Shown: positions 56,348 to 64,000 of the stretch, piece by piece
How the letters are laid out: each line of letters opens with the position of its first letter
Position numbering within the stretch: position 1 is the first letter of the stretch
NCBI GenBank assembly: GCA_951406725.2
Contig: OX597824.1
Span: 8,432,001 to 8,496,000, forward strand
Source of the DNA: Octopus vulgaris
Lineage: Eukaryota
Reading direction: 5' to 3'
Length of the DNA: 64,000 nt
Program-made: the position numbers and the translations under genes
Notes under the pieces: generated by a model
Told to the model about the DNA's origin: nothing
The model's input: the letters and a program-made list of their open reading frames with translations, nothing else
The model's database searches: none

Positions 56348-57006
56348 ATCAAAATAAGCAACAAGGATATCCAAAGGTATTGTAGTACAATCGTTTCATG
56401 CTACTTCATTTAATTAAACAATGTAAGTATTACATCAGTTTTAAAATGTAGAGCAATCTTCAGCCACATATGGAATTTTAAAAATTAAATTGACAATGTT
56501 CATTTTCCTACTTAATTCCATTGGCCAACATTACAAAGAGGGTAGGTATATAGACAGAGAGGTAAATCCCATCATCAGAAACATGGTAGTGAATGATCTT
56601 TACTCATGGGTAGACAACTTAAAGTATAGTTATGTTCTGAAGTCAGTATAATCGTTTATAACCCTACTCCACGTAAATTCGTGGCCTTGTGTACATATTA
56701 GTATACATTATATTCTGTACGAAACCTAGGGTATAGCAGAACACTGAACAAAATGTCCTTGAGTATTAATAATTCCCCTTTATAAACTTATATATTTTAG
56801 TTAACTAGGAAGAGTAATATCCTAACATTTTATTGAGTCACGAAAACTTGTGGGAAAGAAGGCGAACGAAGTTATCCACAACCCGGAAACCGAACCCAAA
56901 ATAGTTGCAACATGGCGGACTGTCACACTAGCGGCACCGAATGATCGTCTGTTCCATTGGCAGCTTTAAACCAGGCAACGAGTTATGTCACTGCCGTTCA
57001 TATATA

Positions 57007-57220
57007 TTTCTTTATTGCCCACAAGGGGCTAAACACAGAGGGGACAAACAAAAGGATTAAGTCGATTACATCGACCCCAGTGTGAAACTGGTACTTTATT
57101 TATCGACCCCGAAAGGATGAAAGGCAAAGTTGACCTCGGCGGAATTTGAACTCACAACGTAACGCAGACGAAATACCGCTAAGCATTTCGCTCGGCGTGC
57201 TAACGTTTCTGCCAGCTCGC
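57007..57220 (-). mobile_element. SINE family A with about 14-bp flanking direct repeat
   Basis: gccgttcatatata at 56993-57006 and 57219-57232. Confidence 0.85.
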
Positions 57221-58003
57221 CGTTCATATATAAACCACAACAGGATTCAAAAAATCAGAACGCAAAGAACCTGTAGAAATAAACTTGTCATCCAGTCCCG
57301 ATGTTCTTAATTTCTTGCCAGCCTTCCTCCCACGAAGGATATTTTATTCCTCCACCCCAGAAGAATGGAAGTCAAAATTAACCTCAGCGGAATTTGAACT
57401 CAGAATAGACAAGGTCGTGGAAAATACATGAGGCAAGGAATTTCGTCCGACGTTCTTGATCTATTGAGCTCAGTTCCTACTTGGGTTGATTAAAGTTTTT
57501 CATCATTTCGGGTTTGATAAAATTAATCAATCAATTTGAGCCACTTCCATCTACCACCCCCCGCTCAATTTGTGGTCTCGTGCCAACCAATAAATAAACC
57601 TGACTAATATAATAAAAGGAACTCTATTATAATTCTGAATACTTTACGATTGAAACTGTCCCATAAGAAAGCAACACTGGTGTCGCTGAAGTGTGAAATA
57701 TAAATCGGGTTTATTTTGTTATTTCTTATAATTGCCTGCCAAAAAAAAAAAGTATAAAAATAAGAGGAAAGAAGAGAAGGAAAAAAAGAAAATCGATTGT
57801 AGAACCCTTCCATTGATTAAACGAAGGGAGACCATTGCTAACATTTTGATAAATACGATTAATAAGCTGAAGTAAGAATGTTTAACATAAACAAACAGGC
57901 CCAGTAATCTGGTCTGAACTGGCGGGAAATATTGTCACGTGATAGATAGCTAGATGGATGGACGGATAGATAAGGCTGCCACTCAGGCTCTTTCACTATT
58001 TTG

Positions 58004-58042
<39 letters not shown>

Positions 58043-58136
58043 CTTTCTTTCTCTCTTTCTTTTCTTTCTCTATATACAAGCTCAATATATATATATATGT
58101 ACACAATACACGCACACGTACGGATACACATACAGA

Positions 58137-58245
<109 letters not shown>

Positions 58246-58315
58246 AATCTCTCTTGCCCCTTCTCTCTCTCCCTATCTCCACACACATATACATTTTCAT
58301 ACATACATACATATA

Positions 58316-58410
<95 letters not shown>

Positions 58411-58707
58411 GTGTCTGAGTATATATATATATACATACATATATGTGCATATATATATATATATATATATAAAACATATCTATCTAACTATCTATCTATA
58501 CATACATACATACATATAGACATATATACATATATACATACATACATACATACCTACATACATACGTACATACACACACACACACATATACGTGTTTGTT
58601 GGGATTTCTGTTTGAGAGTGTAAACAGTTCCGACACACTTTTCTAGGAAGCATATTTTTGATTGTTTAAAGAAGTCGGTGGATGAATCACGCACGCACAC
58701 ACGCACG

Positions 58708-58776
<69 letters not shown>

Positions 58777-58951
58777 GCACGCCCAGCTCCACAAATATTT
58801 GCAGTTTAGTATCAATTGATTTAAAAGACCAATAAGAGATAATTGGCCCTAGGGAAGAAAACTAATTGGATATAGGCCTCGCTGTTAATTGGTGGTGCAT
58901 ATATGTGTCTAGGTGACTATGCTATGGATACACATGTGTTTGTGTGTATAA

Positions 58952-58992
<41 letters not shown>

Positions 58993-59025
58993 CATATATA
59001 TCTTTATGAATACATATATATATAC

Positions 59026-59166
<141 letters not shown>

Positions 59167-59270
59167 CATACATTCATATATATTTCTATATATATATATG
59201 TATCATGTGCATGTATCATATATATATGAATGTATATATGTATTATATATATATCTATATACATATATAT

Positions 59271-59312
<42 letters not shown>

Positions 59313-59313
59313 A

Positions 59314-59356
<43 letters not shown>

Positions 59357-59468
59357 TATAGGCATGTATATGCATGTATATATATATACAGAGACATGTA
59401 TATGTATATATGTATGCATATGTGTGTATGTATATGTGTATATTTAAGCATATGTATGTATACACATT

Positions 59469-59535
<67 letters not shown>

Positions 59536-60510
59536 GTGAGAGAGAGAGAGAGAGTGAGAGAGAGAGAGAGTGAGAGAGAGAGTAAGAGAGAGAGACAGAG
59601 AGGGAGAGAGACATATATGCATACATGGATGCACATAGATGCACATATATATGTATGCGTATATTCTATACACGCATACATTTCATAGACATACGCACTA
59701 CTTCTGCCTCTCTCCTTGTGGCTGTCTCACACTTTCCTTATCCTTCTCGCCACCCCTACAGACATAAATACACACACAAACACATACACATGTGTGCGCA
59801 CATACGCACACACACGAGTACACATTTAGTTATGGATAGGAAGGAATACAGGCACATAGATAAGTATCAAGTGGCGTAGTCACCACGGAATATAAATTCC
59901 TAAATTTAGCAGAGCTTTTATAATGGGTTTGCTGGCTGGACCAACCGTGAGAATATTATCTGATTAATTGTGGTGGAGTTACAGTTGCATGCATAGCTAG
60001 ATGGACGAAGAGCTAGACAGATGGCTATGGAAGCGGCTACATGGACTGATGTCTGTTTATATTGAGAGATGGTTCAGATAGATAGATCGATGGATCGATT
60101 GATAGATAGACAGAGAAATAGATAGATGGATGGATGGATGGGTGGACAGATAGATAGATAAATAGATAGATAGATTGATAGATAGATAGACAGATGTTGG
60201 ATAGACAAACAGACAGACAGACAGATAGATAGATAGATGGTTGGATGGACAGACAGACAGATAAATAGCCAGATGGTTGGATGGACAGATAGCTAGCTAG
60301 CCAGATGGTTGGATGGACAGATAGATAGATAGATCGATCGATAGATATATGGAAAAAAAGGCAGATAGATAGACAGATAGATAGAGTGATAGACATTTGG
60401 TTGGATGGACAGATAGATAGATAGATCGATAGAAAGATGGTTGGATGGACAAACAGGCAGATAGATAGACAGATAGATAGATTGATAGACAGATGGTTGT
60501 ATGGACAGAT

Positions 60511-61963
60511 AAATAATTTCTTTTATTGACCACACAGGGCTAAACACAGGCGAAAAATACAACTGTAGAATTTTTCTTTTCCGAAAATGGGTATTCGGAG
60601 TATTCAAAATGATCGAAAAACGATTTGGGACGTGTATATGCAAAAATTTTATTTTACATAGTCGAGATCCCCCAAAGAGGGACAAAAAAAAAAAGGAACA
60701 ATAAGTTAATACTGGAAAGAAAAGCCTACGGAAAAGAACCACGATAACCTGGGTCATATAAAAAACATGAGAGCAAGGTGCTCTTTCCCCTTTTCTTTTC
60801 TTATATGTTCATGCTCAAAGTAGGTCCGTCATTCATGTGAACCATGCTTGCTACTTCCAACCACCTTTTATTAAAATCTTGCTGAGACAAAACTTCCCTC
60901 TCTATTCTCACCTTCCTTCTCAAGTAGTACTTGAAGAAGTTGATGAGAGATTGGCCAGAGAGGGAAGTGTTTGTCTCTAAACCTTTCAAACGAGTCCAGC
61001 ATACACAGTCTTTCGCTATAGCCATCTGTACGATAAAAACTGCCTTGCTTTCCCGCTTAAAGGGAGGTGGCGGAGCAATATTTACGATAGACTCGGCTGA
61101 TAGCCGGACACGTCCCACACGTGACAGCAGCCGTTCGACATAGGCCCACAGCTCTGAAATATTTGTACACTGCACGAGTACGTTCAGAACGGTTTCATTG
61201 TTCTGATCACATCTCGGGTAGGTTGGACCGGTGTTTCTTGATCCGTGTCTGTAGGCCTCTCCGATAGCATTGCCAGGCCAGGGATCTCTGGAGATTGTCC
61301 ATGGATCCCGGCCCGAAAGTTGTCCTGAAAAGGCGAGTCAGGTGTCCCTCGCTGACGCCAAGATTCTTCCCAAGAACGCCGTCACACCTCCCCTCCACTA
61401 ACCCTCTATAGAACGCTTTTGTTGAACTCAAACCAGCCAAGTTTGAATCCGGTTAGCAGAGTTACCGCAGCGCTTGCCGACACTCGAGGTGCCATGCGCC
61501 CATCCTTGGTCTTTGCTTGATCCAGGAAAGTAACTTGCTAAATGAAACGAGTTGCGGAAAAGCCTGTCTGACAAACGGTGACCACGCATCATTTATGAAC
61601 AGCTAGAGATGCCGCAGTCTCAGTACATGTCTGCGCATCATTAACCACGGCATACACAACCCTCCATTTAGCGGATGTTGACAGCAAATGGATCGCCTAA
61701 CCATCGGAACTCTTCCCCGCCACAAAAAGCGCAAGAACAATCGTTCTAGTTTCCCGATGGTTGAATCGGGACAAGGTACGACGGTCAGACGGTAATCGAT
61801 GATTGATGCGATATAAGCACTTGCCACCTCAGCCCGTCTTTTCAGAGATGGTTTTCTCTCGGCCTATATCTGGGTCAGAGTCACTACCCTGATCGTTACT
61901 TCGTCCCTGTTCTTCTCCACTTGGAGGTCTGGACCGAACCAGACCCCGAGCAATTTAACCGGT
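60511..61963 (-). mobile_element. Tx1/L1-like LINE, longer 3' fragment (RT C-terminus to 3' UTR), related subfamily
   Basis: KLLGVWFGPD...KLERLFLRFLWRG...HPLNGGLCMP and the zf-RVT region, with frameshifts. The 3' end abuts a (GATA/GATG)n tract. Confidence 0.85.
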
Positions 61964-63084
61964 ATTTGTGTCAAGCCGCTACAGTTTGACAACTAATGTC
62001 GGTTTGTTTATGTCTCCGTAACTTAGCCATTTGGAAAAGAGACCGACAGAGTAAGTACAAAACATCCTTTCATCACTGTATTTATCAATTTATCAAACCA
62101 AACAACAATCCCTAAACAAATATATATACATACATATATAAGTACTCGCGTCGACTCGTTCGATTAAATCTTTCGAGGTGGAGCCCCTACAAGGCCGTGG
62201 TCCAAAGACTGAAACAAGTAGACCCCACCACTTACGGTCATGAAAAGGCCAAGTCAGTGATATTAGTGCAAGAATTTCCAAATCGTTTGATAACCATGCA
62301 TTCCATTGACTCCACATAATTGCAATAATACATAGAAGAGGATTCAAAGAAAATACAATACATACAAAGACGTACTCGTAACGCGCAGACTATGAAAATA
62401 GACATAGAAAAATAATTTGGTTCAACCCGCTTTTTAGCATGAGTGTAACATTCAATATTTAATAGATATTTCCTCACCAAATGCTAATATTAAAATCTGT
62501 GTAACAAAAAAACAGTCCTCTAACTCAATAAGATTATTGCAAGATATGGTTTGTCTTTTCAATTTTGTCGCAAAAAAGCACTAATAGCAGATCTAAATTT
62601 TTAAAAAAAATGGTTACAAGAAAAATTATATCGGCATCATTGCAAAAACGTTCTAACATAGATATTCACAAAATATTCACTCCTTCATATTTAGAGATAA
62701 ACGAATCTGTATTTCTTTATCAGGAGTTTCACGAAGACGGATATTAAGAGTTCAAATACATATTCGTCTATTGTATGTCCTATCTCGTGGAAAATTTATA
62801 TCCTTATAAAATCTGCTCAGATGTTGAACATGAAGCAAAAACTGATGTCAAAAGGTAGTTTCATGAAGGGGAATCTTTTAAGCTAACATCCAATTAAAAG
62901 CTGAAAACATCAAACCAGCAATAAAATTGGGTCGTGTAAAATGTCATATGAGATGCAATTAGCAGCAATCCTTACTAAACTGATACAATTAGATAGAATA
63001 TGCTGACGTTGCAAAATAGAATACAGTGTGAAAGTAAAACCGATTGACCAACGACGACCGAGCAAAAATCATGAGATGATTCGC

Positions 63085-63115
<31 letters not shown>

Positions 63116-63239
63116 GTATGTATGTATGTATGTATGTATGTATGTATGTATGTATGTATGTATCTATCTATCTATCTATCTATACTTTATTTAAATAAAG
63201 CATATTACTCTACCTCTGGTATTTGAGTACGCAGATGTA

Positions 63240-64000
63240 GTGCGTGTTACAAACCATCAACATGTTATTGAAAGGGCAGCTGCTGAACAAGAATCTTTTT
63301 TGTGCATGGCGCAAAAGATTGTACAGCAGCTAACCTGGCTCCATCAAACTCAAACTCACAGATGGGACTATCCACAATACACAAGACCACCACAGCAAAT
63401 AGACCCAAGGTGGACACCACTGGCAACAACACACACATCACCTCGATGCTCCTACTGAACATCAGAGGACTGCTAACACTCAGTAACAGGACAAACATCC
63501 CTTTCTTGAGAGACCTTGTTGCATGCAATCAAGCCTTATGCATAGCACTTACGGAAACACACCTGAAACCGGATATAGCAGATGCGGAAATACACATACC
63601 ACAGTATGTTGTATTACGGACCGACAAAAAAGAAAGGAGTCATGGTGGAGTTGCTATGTACATCCGCGAGGACCTCACACCCCAGGTCCTTTTGTGATAC
63701 TCAAATTCGGTGTGTGACTCACTAATTGTACATATAAGGCAACTCGGTGTAGTTATATGTGCTACATATCGCCCTCCAGATGCTCCAAGTCATATAGGCA
63801 AGTTTGAAGACTGCCTTACAAAAATAGAAGTTCTAGTCACATTAGAACAACACATAAGTATACTTCTTATGGGAAACTTCAATCTGCCTAATGTCAGATG
63901 GCCCGAGGGCCTTTCTCGCCCAGGAATGACACGATGTGAACGAGGACAGGTGAGGTCCCTCCTGAACCTCATCAACACTCTGTTCATGGAGCAAATAATA
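63240..64000 (+). mobile_element. CR1/L2-group LINE fragment: apurinic-type endonuclease domain with an in-frame stop
   Basis: LLNIRGL...IALTETHL...LRTD...GGVAMYI...*...TYRPPD...LMGNFNLP; runs off the window end. Confidence 0.85.

Overview
This is an AT-rich, repeat-saturated eukaryotic window. The tRNA-derived SINE families and the extreme microsatellite load fit an octopus (coleoid cephalopod) genome best; that is an inference from recalled repeat families, with no database search. No intact protein-coding gene is recognisable, and almost all long ORFs are microsatellite translations. The best-supported features are: two tRNA-Gly(TCC) genes; decayed non-LTR retrotransposons (R4/Dong-type RLE pieces in (TAA)n, a Tx1/L1-type family next to (TATC)n, RTE and CR1-like remnants); four SINE-like families; a non-autonomous Helitron; several MITEs; and a GC-box/CpG-rich putative bidirectional promoter at about 39.7-40.3 kb with a few candidate short exons. 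The most notable signals are: (i) about a dozen minimal hammerhead-ribozyme motifs with palindromic stem III and several core variants, many in long fold-back (tail-to-tail) Penelope-like insertions; (ii) a SINE whose 3' tail matches the 3' end of a Tx1-like LINE found at (TATC)n tracts; (iii) a nest of (TAA)n-targeting elements, including a defined 520-560 bp non-coding unit.
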